Assembly: GCA_018260315.1 (NCBI GenBank)
Contig: JAGLBJ010000001.1
Coordinates: 42,420-106,419, forward strand
Origin: Moraxellaceae bacterium
GTDB lineage: Bacteria > Pseudomonadota > Gammaproteobacteria > Pseudomonadales > Moraxellaceae
DNA: 64,000 nt
Direction: 5' to 3'
A program made the position numbers and the translations under genes. This document shows positions 49,801 through 59,892 of the stretch, piece after piece. The notes below the pieces were generated by a model that worked only from the letters and a program-made list of their open reading frames with translations, searched no databases and was not told where the DNA came from. Each line of letters starts with the position of its first letter. Position 1 is the stretch's first letter.

Positions 49801-51306
49801 ATCACCCATTGAACCGACAGCTTCCTGACCACTTTCAGCCAACGGACGAATGATCTGGTCACGTTCCTCAAAGGTTACATGAAACATTTTTTGCGCTGTC
49901 AGCAACGTATCATCGGTTAATGACTGCTTTAACAACTGTTCTTCAGCCGCTTCATCGTCCAGAATCCGCAGTGCACGTTCACGCAGCCACTGCTTGTAGG
50001 GATACGCCGTTTTTAACCGCGCATCAATATCATCGGTATCTAAACGTTCACCGGTCTGGGTATCAATGACCAGAATTTGACCCGGCCCGACGCGCCCTTT
50101 GGCAACCACGTCTTCAGCCGCATAATTCCATACGCCAATTTCGGACGCCAAAGTAATATAACCGTTTTTAGTGATGACCCAACGCGCAGGCCGCAAACCG
50201 TTACGGTCCAGCATACACACCGCATGACGGCCGTCCTGAATTACCAGACCGGCCGGGCCGTCCCAGGCTTCCATGTGTTTGGCGTTAAATTCATAAAAGG
50301 CGCGTAAATCGGCGTCCATGGTATCGACATTTTGCCAGGCCGGTGGAACCAACATACGCAACGCACGGAATAAATCCATACCGCCGCCGACCAAAATTTC
50401 CAGCATGTTATCAAGACTTGACGAATCGGAACCCGTACGGTTGATTAACGGTTTTAGATCAAGCAGTCCGGGCAATAACGGATTATCCATTTTAGGGGTA
50501 CGCGCAACTGACCAGTTACGGTTGCCCATAATCGTATTGATTTCGCCATTATGTGCCAAGTACCGGAACGGCTGCGCCAAGGGCCAGCGTGGCAACGTAT
50601 TAGTCGAAAACCTTTGATGAAACACACAAATATGTGTCGTCATCGCAGGGTTACGTAAATCGGCATAAAACTGCTTTAAGACTTCCGGCATCATCAAGCC
50701 TTTATAGCTGATGACCGTACTGGCCAAGGTGGTTACATAAAACATTGAATCATGCTGTAAGGCTTGCTCGGCACGGCGGCGCGCTAAAAATAACTGGCGG
50801 TTAAATTCAACCTCGCTCATGCCTTCTGGGGCGGATACCATAATTTGTTCTAAATGCGGCAACGTGCGTAAGGCAATTTCACCCAATACCTCAGGCGCAA
50901 CCGGAACCACACGCCAGCCCGCAACCGTAAGTCCCACCTTCTCGATTTCCTGATTTAAAATCAATTTGGCTGCTTTGGCAACTGCCGTATCCAGACTTAA
51001 AAACACAGTACCGACTGCAAAAATCGGGCTTAGTTTAAAGCCTGATTGTTCGGCTTCTTGACGAAAAAATGCCTTGGGCATCGCCAGTAACAAGCCGCAC
51101 CCGTCACCCGTTTTGCCGTCGGCTGCAATGCCGCCACGATGGGTCATGTGCCCGAGGCTGTAAATGGCCGTTTCAAGCAAATCATGGCTCGCCTGCCCCT
51201 GCATGTGGGCAATCATGCCAAAGCCACAGTTATCCTTAAATTCGTCCGGTTGATACAGGCCGAGTGCTTGAGAAGGTGCAGGTTGAGCAGTGTGCGGCAT
51301 ATGCAT
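46822..51306 (-). CDS. gltB: Glutamate synthase (NADPH) large subunit
   Basis: ORF-track ORF (to 51411) trimmed to [34 protein letters not shown], which contains the Ntn-amidotransferase Cys. The GATase, central, FMN and GXGXG domains all read through. Confidence 0.95.
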   Translation of the reverse strand: MHMPHTAQPAPSQALGLYQPDEFKDNCGFGMIAHMQGQASHDLLETAIYSLGHMTHRGGIAADGKTGDGCGLLLAMPKAFFRQEAEQSGFKLSPIFAVGTVFLSLDTAVAKAAKLILNQEIEKVGLTVAGWRVVPVAPEVLGEIALRTLPHLEQIMVSAPEGMSEVEFNRQLFLARRRAEQALQHDSMFYVTTLASTVISYKGLMMPEVLKQFYADLRNPAMTTHICVFHQRFSTNTLPRWPLAQPFRYLAHNGEINTIMGNRNWSVARTPKMDNPLLPGLLDLKPLINRTGSDSSSLDNMLEILVGGGMDLFRALRMLVPPAWQNVDTMDADLRAFYEFNAKHMEAWDGPAGLVIQDGRHAVCMLDRNGLRPARWVITKNGYITLASEIGVWNYAAEDVVAKGRVGPGQILVIDTQTGERLDTDDIDARLKTAYPYKQWLRERALRILDDEAAEEQLLKQSLTDDTLLTAQKMFHVTFEERDQIIRPLAESGQEAVGSMGDDTPMAVLSHKIRHVADYFRQQFAQVTNPPIDPLRESIVMSLETSLGREQNVFEQSPEHADRVIISSPVLSASKMQQLRAIKRPGYALYILDLNYAQTEGLEAALKRICAEAEQAVRDGATLLLLSDKAIRPGYLPASAILATGAIHHYLSEVGLRTDANILVETGLARDPHQFAVLIGFGASAVYPYLAYDVINDLVARGELLGDPLEAQAYYRKGIDKGLLKILSKMGISTVASYRAGQLFEAIGLASEVVQCCFKGVPSRIEGARFVDLEHDQALLAAHAWKKRQPIDAGGLLKYIYQKEYHAFNPDVINTLHDAVRSGDYEDYRRYADLVNNRPVATLRDLLTLNTEQRIDIAEVESVEEILPRFDSAGMSLGALSPEAHESIAIAMNTIGGRSNSGEGGEDPARYGTLKNSKIKQIASGRFGVTPAYLASAEVLQIKVAQGAKPGEGGQLPGGKVNGLIARLRYSVPGVTLISPPPHHDIYSIEDLSQLIFDLKQVNPRAMVSVKLVAEPGVGTIAAGVAKAYADFITISGYDGGTAASPLSSIHYAGSPWELGLSEAHQALRINGLRGKVRVQTDGGLKTGLDVVKAAILGAESFGFGSTPMIALGCKYLRICHLNNCATGVATQQDVLRKQHYIGEPDMLINFFRFVAEETRQWLALLGVRSLRDLIGRTDLLSMIEGTTDKQRNIDLKPLLTIHASAEGAPQYCTEGRNEPHDKGELAEQMVQDILPAIEQKSGGTFTYTVHNRDRSLGARLSGEIAQRYGNLGMTDAPITLHLSGTAGQSLGVWNAGGLHIRLEGDSNDYVGKGMAGGSIAIYPPKGSPFASQETAIIGNTCLYGATGGKLFAAGTAGERFAVRNSGAHAVIEGAGDHCCEYMTGGLVTVLGRTGLNFGAGMTGGFAYVLDMEGDFFDRCNHELIDLNRISTESTEHYRHHLRSVLEEYVQETGSAWGQTILNAFDEYVRKFYLVKPKAANLLTLLKTTQADPQ

Positions 51307-51576
51307 GGCGTACCCTTGAACGAATCTTGAACAAATAAGGCAAGCGCTTCTTATGATAAAAAAGCGCGTAAAATGGTGTGTTATTCTATAGAAAACTTGA
51401 ACATTTCTCAATGACCGAACGATACTGAGTTTAAATAAGCCCTACAACATATTACGACAAGCAGTGCTGTAACAGGTGTAGATGACACTAAGCCCTGTTA
51501 AAACGATGACAATTTATACGGTATCAGGCTCAAGTATGAGCCTAAATGTTGCAAAATATAGGCCAAAATTCAGTGC

Positions 51577-52548
51577 TTATTGAGCAGTGTCGGGCACAGT
51601 GTCGCCTTTAGTCGTGCCCGAATCCTCATTATGCAAACCTTCACTAAAGCGAGCAGCAGGCACTGTCTGAACGGGGAGCGGCCGCTCAATTTGGTCTGAC
51701 GGTAATGCACCAAAACGGGGCTCTGTACTGACAGTTCTGGTGTGATGAACCGATGCTGGCATATCGTTGCTCTTATCTTCATGATAACGAACCGGCGCGG
51801 CGTGATGCGTGATTTTTTCACTCGAACCATTAGCCTGCTCACTCGTACGGGCCTCATGATGTCGTACCGGCGCGGGCATGGCTGCTGGCGGCAAACCTGC
51901 ATCGACTTCAACCTTACGTAAATTAACGCGCGGTACGGTATCCATTAAACCCGTGGTTTTAACTTCAGCACCTTCATCGGACACTAAATCTTTATAACTC
52001 GAAAAACGCTCAGGGAAGGCTTTAACGCTGGCCGGCAAATCAAAATTGACGGTTTGTAGCGCGCCCATGGCCGTTTGTACCGTGTTAAACAACCCATACA
52101 CCAGCACGAAACTTTCCTTTTTCTTATTGTTAAGTCGCATATAGTAAAACTGGCTGCGGTCACTTCGGTGTGATAGATAATCGGTAATCACGGCCTCTTC
52201 TGTAACATTCATAACCTGTAGCGTCCAAGCCTGCGCTTGCGTACTAACAAACGTCGAACCTCGAAACTCCGGGCTATGCTTACCGCTAATGGCTTGCTTA
52301 GTGGTTAAATCCAGCAGTGGCACGGCTTGCGTAAGCTCGCCCAAATGTTGACTAAAGCCTTCTGATGCGTCTTTTAGCGTATCGACTAATGTTTCGGTGT
52401 CTTCTTGAGGCGCAACCGGCTTGACAACGCGGGTATGCTGCTGAATCCAGAACCAGGTGGCGACGCAACTGACTAATAAACTGATACCTAGAACTAACCA
52501 AATCCAAGCGCGCCCTTGAGGCTGAGGCGCCATTGCTGTTGTGGTCAT
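51577..52548 (-). CDS. SPOR-domain membrane protein (DamX-like position) with a His-rich C-terminal extension
   Basis: 323 aa. TM helix [26 protein letters not shown]-like block AWTLQVMNV...[25 protein letters not shown] overlap with the aroB stop. Confidence 0.7.
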   Translation of the reverse strand: MTTTAMAPQPQGRAWIWLVLGISLLVSCVATWFWIQQHTRVVKPVAPQEDTETLVDTLKDASEGFSQHLGELTQAVPLLDLTTKQAISGKHSPEFRGSTFVSTQAQAWTLQVMNVTEEAVITDYLSHRSDRSQFYYMRLNNKKKESFVLVYGLFNTVQTAMGALQTVNFDLPASVKAFPERFSSYKDLVSDEGAEVKTTGLMDTVPRVNLRKVEVDAGLPPAAMPAPVRHHEARTSEQANGSSEKITHHAAPVRYHEDKSNDMPASVHHTRTVSTEPRFGALPSDQIERPLPVQTVPAARFSEGLHNEDSGTTKGDTVPDTAQ

Positions 52549-53642
52549 GCCAATACTCCAAAGTGTCGCTGCGTTAATGTGGCGGTTAAGTCAGTATCAT
52601 CGACTCCTTTTACAATCACCGCTTCGCCTAAACGTTTTAATAAAATCAGGCGCAACTGTCCTGCTAAAACTTTTTTATCCTGTAACATCAACGATTTAAA
52701 TTCATCAGCAGACATAGCCGGTGGATCAACGGGTAAATTGGCCTGCTGCAAAATTGCCCGGACGCGAGCCACATCCGCCAAACTTAACCAGCCTAAACGA
52801 TACGACAAATCGGCCGCTTGCAGCATGCCCACCGCCACTGCTTCACCATGCAGCCACTGACCATAGCCCATATGCGTTTCTATCGCATGGCCAAATGTAT
52901 GGCCTAAATTCAACAACGCGCGCGCGCCCTGTTCATGTTCATCGGCCGCCACAATACGCGCTTTATGCTGACAGCACCGCTCTACAGCATACATCAAGGC
53001 TTCAGGTTCTTGGGCTAGCAGCTTGGGCATATTGATTTCAAGCCACGTTAAAAATTCGGCATCGCACAGCAAAGCATATTTAATGACTTCCGCCAGGCCT
53101 GCCGATAATTCGCGCGCTGGCAAAGTATTTAAATGGCTTATATCGGCCAAAACGGCGCTTGGCTGTTTAAAGGCACCAATCATGTTTTTACCAAGGGCAT
53201 GATTAATACCCGTTTTACCGCCTACACTGGAATCGACCTGAGCCAGTAAAGTTGTAGGAATTTGAATAAAATTAACCCCACGCTGAAAACTTGCTGCTGC
53301 AAAGCCGGCCATATCGCCAACGACGCCGCCCCCCAAGGCAATAACGGTACAGTCTCGATTAAACCGCGCTTGCATCAAGGCATCAAAAATTAAATTTAAA
53401 TGGGTTAAATCTTTGTGGACTTCGCCATCGGGCAATAAACAACTGGCCACGTGATAATCTTTCAAGGCCTCTTGATAACGAACCAGATAAAGCGGCGCAA
53501 CGGTGGTATTGGTTACAATAAGTACCTGACGGCCGCTCAAATGTTGCAGCAACAACGGTTCAGCCGGTAACTGCGCGCCAATGTAAATCGGATAACTGCG
53601 TTCGCCAAGCGCCACTTGAAGCGTTATATAAGAATGTTTCAT
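52545..53642 (-). CDS. aroB: 3-dehydroquinate synthase
   Basis: 365 aa. [48 protein letters not shown] is the AroB core. Confidence 0.95.
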   Translation of the reverse strand: MKHSYITLQVALGERSYPIYIGAQLPAEPLLLQHLSGRQVLIVTNTTVAPLYLVRYQEALKDYHVASCLLPDGEVHKDLTHLNLIFDALMQARFNRDCTVIALGGGVVGDMAGFAAASFQRGVNFIQIPTTLLAQVDSSVGGKTGINHALGKNMIGAFKQPSAVLADISHLNTLPARELSAGLAEVIKYALLCDAEFLTWLEINMPKLLAQEPEALMYAVERCCQHKARIVAADEHEQGARALLNLGHTFGHAIETHMGYGQWLHGEAVAVGMLQAADLSYRLGWLSLADVARVRAILQQANLPVDPPAMSADEFKSLMLQDKKVLAGQLRLILLKRLGEAVIVKGVDDTDLTATLTQRHFGVLA

Positions 53643-53672
53643 AACACGTTAAACATCGACCAAAAATAATAT

Positions 53673-54218
53673 CTAGTTTAACGGGTTTATGCTGACAAAT
53701 TGAATTATTTTTTGTGCCAATTCACGCGCCGAGCCTTCATACGTTGGAATAACGCTATGCGCGGTTTGTCTGTAAAGTGGGTCACGCACCTCCAGCAAGG
53801 CTTGCAAACGCGCCTGCGGATTGTCCGTTTGCAATAAAGGCCGAGAACGGTCACGTGCCGTACGCTGCACCTGCATTTCAACGGGTGTATATAAATAAAT
53901 TACGTAACCGCGATTATGCAAATAATGCCGATTCGCCGCTGACAGCACTGCACCGCCGCCCGTTGCCAATACAATATTTGGTAATTGAGTCAGTTGTGCT
54001 ATCGTATTTTCTTCACGCAAACGAAAGCCAGCCTCCCCTTCTTTCTCAAAAATCCAGGGAATACTGGCACCGGTACGCGTTTCTATTTCAGCATCGCTGT
54101 CTAAAAAAGGGCGTTCCAGTAAGTCAGCCAGATGCTTGCCCACCGTCGTTTTACCGGCCCCCATAGGTCCAACCAAAAACAAGCTGGGTAATGCCTTCGC
54201 TGAGGTAAATAACTGCAT
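53673..54218 (-). CDS. aroK: Shikimate kinase
   Basis: 181 aa. LFLVGPMGAGKTTVGKHLADLL is the P-loop. Start overlaps the pilQ stop (TAATG). Confidence 0.93.
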   Translation of the reverse strand: MQLFTSAKALPSLFLVGPMGAGKTTVGKHLADLLERPFLDSDAEIETRTGASIPWIFEKEGEAGFRLREENTIAQLTQLPNIVLATGGGAVLSAANRHYLHNRGYVIYLYTPVEMQVQRTARDRSRPLLQTDNPQARLQALLEVRDPLYRQTAHSVIPTYEGSARELAQKIIQFVSINPLN

Positions 54219-56416
54219 TAAGGCGTTCCGCTGGTTCCTTTTTCGCTAACCAAACGCGGCGTTACAAAAATCAGCAATTCCTGTTTGTCATTGCTTTTTA
54301 CATTATGTTGAAACAGACGACCGACATAGGGCAAATCACCTAGAAATGGCGTTTTGGTCACACTATTGGTAATTTGATTTTGAAAAATACCGCCTAATAC
54401 CACCGTTTGTCCGTCATTGATTAAGACATTGGTCGACACCCGGTTAGTATCAATCGCCCTAATACCGGTGGGCTGAATTTCGCCCGGTGTATCGCTGTTA
54501 ACGAACAATTCCATACCAATCCGGCCATCTGGCGTGATGCTGGGGGTTACCTCCAAGCTGAGCTCAGCATTGATAAACTGTACCGATGTTGCACCGCTTG
54601 AGGTCGCAGCCTGATAAGGAATTTGGGTACCTGCTGCAATGCGCGCCTTTTGCTTATCTGTGGTTAATACTTTAGGGGTCGCAACGACTTCACCTTTGCC
54701 GTCTGCCTGTAGAGCCGATAACTCCAAATCCAACATTAAATTAGACATCGACAGTAAACCAAATGCGATGCGACTTGCACCGGTACCGGTTGCGCCCATA
54801 TCGACACTTAAATTTTGCGGTGTCGTAATAGTATACTTAGCACCACTACCATAGCTTGCCGCCGCTGGATTTCTTAAATCCATTAACGTCGTCGTGCTGC
54901 CACCGACCAATAAATTGCGATTATTGGCGATGCCTTTACTAAGTACGCCCCATTTTACCCCGAGCTCTTTGCTAAAACTGTCGGTCGCACGCACAATGCG
55001 TGCTTCAATCATGACTTGACGTACTGGCACATCAAGTTTTTCGATTAAAGAACGAATTTCATCAATTTTACGTGTCACATCATGAATAATTAACGTATTT
55101 GTTCGCACGTCCTTTGATACCGTACCCCGAGGCGATAGCAAACTGCCCACCGTCGCGTCGGTATTATTACTGCTAATACTGGTCGTATTACGTCCCGAAG
55201 TAATTAACGTTTCAATATCAGCCACTTTGGCATAGCTTAACCGAATGTATTCGGTGCGTAGTTGCTCAAGCTGCTCAAGCTGTTTTTTACCTTCTGCTTC
55301 TTGCTTTTCACGAGCAGCTAGTTCATCCGCCGGGGCAATTAAAATCACATTGCCATTACGGCGTTTATCTAAGCCTTTGGTACGTAAAATAATATCAAGG
55401 GCTTGGTCCCAGGGTACATTTTGCAGACGAATCGTAATCCGGCCATTCACCGTATCACTTGCGACCAGGTTAAAGCCGGTAAAGTCTGCAATTAACTGCA
55501 AGACTGAACGCACTTCAATATCCTGAAAATTTAAGGATAATTTTTGTCCAGTATAGGTGATTTGTTCCGCTTTTTTCTGCTCTTCGCGCGCAGGCGGCTT
55601 AACACTAATGATTAATTTACGGTCAGTTTGATACGATTGAAATTCAAACGGACCATTAGGCTCAATCACCACTACACCTGTATTGCCCTCATTATAGGCA
55701 TCAACCGTTTTAATCATGGTGCCACTATCGCCAACATTTAACCGGCGAACCATACTTTGCGCTATTTTAGTACTTGCAAATCGTGCAATCAAACGATTGC
55801 CTTGCTGCTGCACATCGACCGGTATGTTAGCATCGCCCAGACTGACAATCACCTGACCTTCGTTATTGGCGGCGCGCTTAAAATCAACGCGATTTACTTG
55901 CACATTACCGCGTTGCGAACGCAATGCAGCAGAAGGCTGAGCGGCTGGAATTAAACCAGGTGCACCAATTTTAAGCACTAGCGTATGGCCTTCAACCCGA
56001 GTCGTATAGCCGCCTTGCTCGGTTAAATTGATAACCAACCGGGTCAGCTTATTATTATCTAACACGGTAAGATTACGCGTTCGGCCTTGGTCAATATTTT
56101 GATAACGATGATCTACCAAACTGTGCGTTTCGGGTAAATCGAGCACGAGACGCGCCGGCTTTTCAATCTGATAGGCTTGAGGGGCCGGTGGCGCAGCATC
56201 AAATTTAAGGCGCAGTTCGGTTTGACCACGGTCCAACGCAACCGGAATCACATCGACCAAATTAACCTGGGCTGCATAGGCACTTTGTACACTGGCAACA
56301 CTTAACGCCACCCAGACAAATTTAGACATATAAGTATTCCCTGCAAGGTGCCGTCCTGACGACTTTATTTCTTGTGCTAATGCACGTTTTAATGGATTTT
56401 GCATATTATTCCCCAT
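54218..56416 (-). CDS. pilQ: Type IV pilus secretin PilQ
   Basis: AMIN-like N-terminal repeats, then the secretin core (...VVLGGIFQNQ...TKTPFLGDLPYVGRLF). The signal peptide MSKFVWVALSVASVQSAYA begins at codon 30, so the true start may be ATG 56329. Confidence 0.92.
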   Translation of the reverse strand: MGNNMQNPLKRALAQEIKSSGRHLAGNTYMSKFVWVALSVASVQSAYAAQVNLVDVIPVALDRGQTELRLKFDAAPPAPQAYQIEKPARLVLDLPETHSLVDHRYQNIDQGRTRNLTVLDNNKLTRLVINLTEQGGYTTRVEGHTLVLKIGAPGLIPAAQPSAALRSQRGNVQVNRVDFKRAANNEGQVIVSLGDANIPVDVQQQGNRLIARFASTKIAQSMVRRLNVGDSGTMIKTVDAYNEGNTGVVVIEPNGPFEFQSYQTDRKLIISVKPPAREEQKKAEQITYTGQKLSLNFQDIEVRSVLQLIADFTGFNLVASDTVNGRITIRLQNVPWDQALDIILRTKGLDKRRNGNVILIAPADELAAREKQEAEGKKQLEQLEQLRTEYIRLSYAKVADIETLITSGRNTTSISSNNTDATVGSLLSPRGTVSKDVRTNTLIIHDVTRKIDEIRSLIEKLDVPVRQVMIEARIVRATDSFSKELGVKWGVLSKGIANNRNLLVGGSTTTLMDLRNPAAASYGSGAKYTITTPQNLSVDMGATGTGASRIAFGLLSMSNLMLDLELSALQADGKGEVVATPKVLTTDKQKARIAAGTQIPYQAATSSGATSVQFINAELSLEVTPSITPDGRIGMELFVNSDTPGEIQPTGIRAIDTNRVSTNVLINDGQTVVLGGIFQNQITNSVTKTPFLGDLPYVGRLFQHNVKSNDKQELLIFVTPRLVSEKGTSGTP

Positions 56417-56419
56417 TTT

Positions 56420-56956
56420 TTAAGTGCCCACTTGTGTCAAGACGAGAGTACGCGGCCGTTCAATAAAGCCCTCACGACCATCTGGCACAATTTCGATGAG
56501 TCCAATTTCAGTTGGTTTGATACTGACCACACGACCATAATTTTTGCCCATATAGTTACCCACCTGAATGCGCATAATGCCCCCTTTCGGAGATTCAATC
56601 AGTGCATTGAGGGGGCCGCCCGGACTTTGTATCGTGCCCCGCATTTTTAAATCTTCTAATTCAAACGTTTCCAAAAACTGTGGCGGCCGAGTGGTATCAG
56701 GCATCACACGGTGAGCTGCAATAGAGGTTAATTCTTGTGCCAGGCTACCAGGCAAAAAAGGGCTGCGTAGCTGCTGGGCTGCATAGTTAAAGCTAGGCAC
56801 CGGCAAAAAAACGGGCGGTGGCGGTACAGGCAAAGCAGGCTTACTGTGAATCTGCTGCATGCGCGTATTGACTTCAGCAACCCGCGAGTCACAACCGGCC
56901 AGCGTCAATGCACAAATGGCAAGGACAAGGGTATTTTTTTCATATCCTCGCATCAT
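56420..56956 (-). CDS. pilP: Type IV pilus assembly lipoprotein PilP
   Basis: 178 aa. Lipobox LTLAGC. Sits between pilO and pilQ. ATGA overlap with pilO. Confidence 0.88.
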   Translation of the reverse strand: MMRGYEKNTLVLAICALTLAGCDSRVAEVNTRMQQIHSKPALPVPPPPVFLPVPSFNYAAQQLRSPFLPGSLAQELTSIAAHRVMPDTTRPPQFLETFELEDLKMRGTIQSPGGPLNALIESPKGGIMRIQVGNYMGKNYGRVVSIKPTEIGLIEIVPDGREGFIERPRTLVLTQVGT

Positions 56957-57726
56957 TTTTTAGCATCCTTATTCTTAGCGTCTTTATCCTTAGTCGCCTG
57001 GTCTGCTGCTTTCTTGTCTTCAGCGAGTTTATCATTATAGCGATAGGTTTTGGCGTGCAACGTCATTGCCAGGACCGGGACTTCACTTTTTGCATTAACG
57101 CCGGTTTTGGCCTGCGGCGCAATATCAAAGTCGTGAACGGTAATAATGCGCGGCAAGGCCGCCAGGCCACTGATAAAGCCACCAAACGCATGATAATCAC
57201 CCTGCCCTACAATCGTAATCGGCAGTTCGATAAAAAATTCGCGAGTGACCTCAGATTCTACCTTAATATCTTGAAATTTAAGGCCGCTGCCGACTCCGGT
57301 GAAGTTAATGTCCTGAATCAAACTGGGGATTTCATGTTCTTTAGGCAACTGCTGAAGCAACTGACCGAAGGTTTGTTCCATCTGGTTAATTTGCTCCTGA
57401 TACTTTTGCAAATTACGCAGCTTGGAATCTTTTTCTTCATAATCCTTTAGCAATACTTCTTCTTGTGCATGGGCCCGGTCAATCGAATCTAGCATCGGTT
57501 TTAACAATAAAAAATAAGCCAGTGCCAAGACCAAAAACGCCGTAAACAACAATAACGTAATTTTAACCGGCATGGGCCAGCTACCCATATTTTGTGGGTC
57601 AAGCGAGTTAAAGCTACTGACAAACTCCTGAAAATTAAACGGTTTTTTGACAGGTTTAGGGACATCGTTCGTAGATACCAAGGCCGGTTCTGAGGCTTTA
57701 TTAAGGGATAAACGGCCTAATTTCAT
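56953..57726 (-). CDS. pilO: Type IV pilus assembly protein PilO
   Basis: 257 aa. TM helix then coiled-coil, PilO-like. ATGA overlap with the pilN stop. Has N-terminal and Lys/Asp-rich C-terminal extensions. Confidence 0.85.
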   Translation of the reverse strand: MKLGRLSLNKASEPALVSTNDVPKPVKKPFNFQEFVSSFNSLDPQNMGSWPMPVKITLLLFTAFLVLALAYFLLLKPMLDSIDRAHAQEEVLLKDYEEKDSKLRNLQKYQEQINQMEQTFGQLLQQLPKEHEIPSLIQDINFTGVGSGLKFQDIKVESEVTREFFIELPITIVGQGDYHAFGGFISGLAALPRIITVHDFDIAPQAKTGVNAKSEVPVLAMTLHAKTYRYNDKLAEDKKAADQATKDKDAKNKDAKK

Positions 57727-58664
57727 GGGGTTTTACCTCCCGTTGTACCAGAAACGGCGGGTGCAGTAATAACGGTCGTCGTTGTGGTGGTATTGGTGGC
57801 TGCGGGTGCGGCGTTGACAGGAGGCAAATTGGCATGAACCACAGGCGCAGGGCTTACGGGTGCCGAGGTCACTTTAATTGTATTGACTGTCGTTGCTGTC
57901 GTTGCCACGCTGACCGGAGGGTTCGGAATAACGGTGGTCGGCACTGTCGCAGGACGCGGCGTTACATGACCGGCATTTACGACCGGGGGTGGGCTTATAG
58001 GCATGCCGGTTATGGCCGCAGGAGTAACGCTAGGCGGAGTACGGAGGCCTGTACCGGCTTGAACTTGCTTGCCAGCGTTTTCTTCAGGGTCTTCTAAGTC
58101 AAGGGATAAAATAAACTGGCCATAATTTTGCTCAGGTCTTGGCAAGACTCCCCCTGCTGCGGGCGTGGTCGTTGGTGGAGGCGCAGCTTGAAACGAATTC
58201 ATAAAGACATTTCTAAACCAGGGCGAGGCCTCTAGATTACGAATTAAGGTAGAAACATCGTTTGGACTGTCAGCCTTTCCTTCAATGGTGAATTTATCGC
58301 CCGTTCGCGCAAAACGTGTCAAATACACATTTGGCGGAACCATGCGCGGCACTTCATCAAAAATACGTACAGAGACAGGTCGTTTGCCCTGTAAATCTTG
58401 AATGACTTTCATGCGGGCAATAATTTCGTCCCGATGTTTTTGCAGGTCTTTTAACGATGCAAGTTCGGTATCGAGTTTTCCATTGGCATCGGTTACAATT
58501 TTATTGGCACTTTCCTGTTCATGCAGACGATTATTTAAAAACATCCATAACAAGCCCGACAACAACGCCGATAACAATAAAGTGGCAATACCTAAGGTAA
58601 TAAATTCTTTTTTACGCTGCTCACGGAGTTCTTCACGCCATGGCAGGAGATTAATTTTAGCCAT
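57723..58664 (-). CDS. pilN: Type IV pilus assembly protein PilN with a ~150-aa Pro/Thr/Val-rich tail
   Basis: 313 aa. MAKINLLPWREELREQRKKEF is the conserved PilN N-terminus. Its start abuts the pilM stop (TAAATG). Confidence 0.88.
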   Translation of the reverse strand: MAKINLLPWREELREQRKKEFITLGIATLLLSALLSGLLWMFLNNRLHEQESANKIVTDANGKLDTELASLKDLQKHRDEIIARMKVIQDLQGKRPVSVRIFDEVPRMVPPNVYLTRFARTGDKFTIEGKADSPNDVSTLIRNLEASPWFRNVFMNSFQAAPPPTTTPAAGGVLPRPEQNYGQFILSLDLEDPEENAGKQVQAGTGLRTPPSVTPAAITGMPISPPPVVNAGHVTPRPATVPTTVIPNPPVSVATTATTVNTIKVTSAPVSPAPVVHANLPPVNAAPAATNTTTTTTVITAPAVSGTTGGKTP

Positions 58665-59723
58665 TTAGTCAAAACTCCGTAATGCCAAACCACATGCAAC
58701 CATTAAACGGGGTGCATCTTCTTGTAACGCTGCACGGTCAACATTGGGCGCCACTTGCATATTGACAAAGGGATCAGCCACCGACGTTACATTGCCGAGT
58801 TTGCTTTGCACCATATAGGGCAGGCCCGGCAAGACCGCCGTACCCCCTGCTAGGAGGATATGGTCCACATCGTTAAATTGACTGGCACTGTAAAAAACCT
58901 GCAAAGCGCGCGCCGCTTCTTGCACAATGGAATCCATGAAGGGTGCTAAAATTTCGCTGGCATAATCGTCGGGTAAGCCGCCACTCTTTTTGGCACGCAT
59001 GGCGTCTTCTTCGGTCAGCCCATAACGTCTTTGGATATTATCAGTGAGGACTTTACCGCCAAACGTTTGTTCACGGTTATAGATCATATTGCCGTTTTGC
59101 AGCACATACAGCGTGGTAATGCTATGACCAATGTCAAAAATAGCAACCATATTGCCCAAGTCAGGCACCGCCGCTTCAATGAGTCCAAAAGCACGTTCGA
59201 CCGCATGAGCCTCGATGTCGACGACTTTAACCTCAAGCCCGGCATAGCCTAAAGCCTCAACACGCTGCTCAATGTTTTCAGAACGTGAAGCGGCAATTAA
59301 CACACGCACGCGATTGGGATCGGTCAGAGATTTACCGATAACATCAAAGTCTAGATTAACTTCAGATAGCGGATATGGAATGTGCGCATCGGCGTCAAGG
59401 CGAATTTGATTTTCGCGCTCGTCATCGGTCATGTTGGTGTCCATGTCAATTACCTTGGTAATGACTGTAGACCCCGACACGGCGACAGCTGCCAAAGCAG
59501 TACCGGGCCGGACACGACGTATTAATTTTTCAATCGCATCGCCAACTCCCTCTGCACTGACAATATTTTTCTCTGCCACAGCATTAGGCGGTAGTGGTTC
59601 ACTACCATAATGTTCGATGCAATAACGCCCATTTTGAAGACTTAGTTCAATCAGTTTGACCGACGATGAGCTAATGTCAAGACCAAGCAAGTTTTTTCTG
59701 TTTTTACGCCCAAAGGAAAGCAC
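58665..59723 (-). CDS. pilM: Type IV pilus assembly ATPase-fold protein PilM
   Basis: 352 aa, GTG start. LLGLDISSSSVKLIELS is the actin-like PilM N-terminus. Confidence 0.9.
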   Translation of the reverse strand: MLSFGRKNRKNLLGLDISSSSVKLIELSLQNGRYCIEHYGSEPLPPNAVAEKNIVSAEGVGDAIEKLIRRVRPGTALAAVAVSGSTVITKVIDMDTNMTDDERENQIRLDADAHIPYPLSEVNLDFDVIGKSLTDPNRVRVLIAASRSENIEQRVEALGYAGLEVKVVDIEAHAVERAFGLIEAAVPDLGNMVAIFDIGHSITTLYVLQNGNMIYNREQTFGGKVLTDNIQRRYGLTEEDAMRAKKSGGLPDDYASEILAPFMDSIVQEAARALQVFYSASQFNDVDHILLAGGTAVLPGLPYMVQSKLGNVTSVADPFVNMQVAPNVDRAALQEDAPRLMVACGLALRSFD

Positions 59724-59892
59724 TATATTTATTTCCCTTTTATAGTTCTAAACCCAATAATGGGGCCCCAAGTTGCAGTTTGCCTGAAGTCGCTTTTGCG
59801 CGCAAGACTCTTTTATCATCTGACAGAATCAATTCTTGGCGTTATACTGTCAACTATCGTCCCTTCCTGTTTGGTATTAAACCTTAATTGTT

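Noticed and set aside
51570-51911. 113-aa minus-strand ORF
   Set aside because: It is an alternative frame within the C-terminal tail region of the SPOR-protein gene, whose own frame is continuous from the ATGA-coupled start.
56908-57450. 180-aa plus-strand ORF
   Set aside because: It is antisense to pilO/pilP. Its low-complexity Phe/Leu/Ile-rich translation is an artefact of the Lys/Glu-rich opposite strand.
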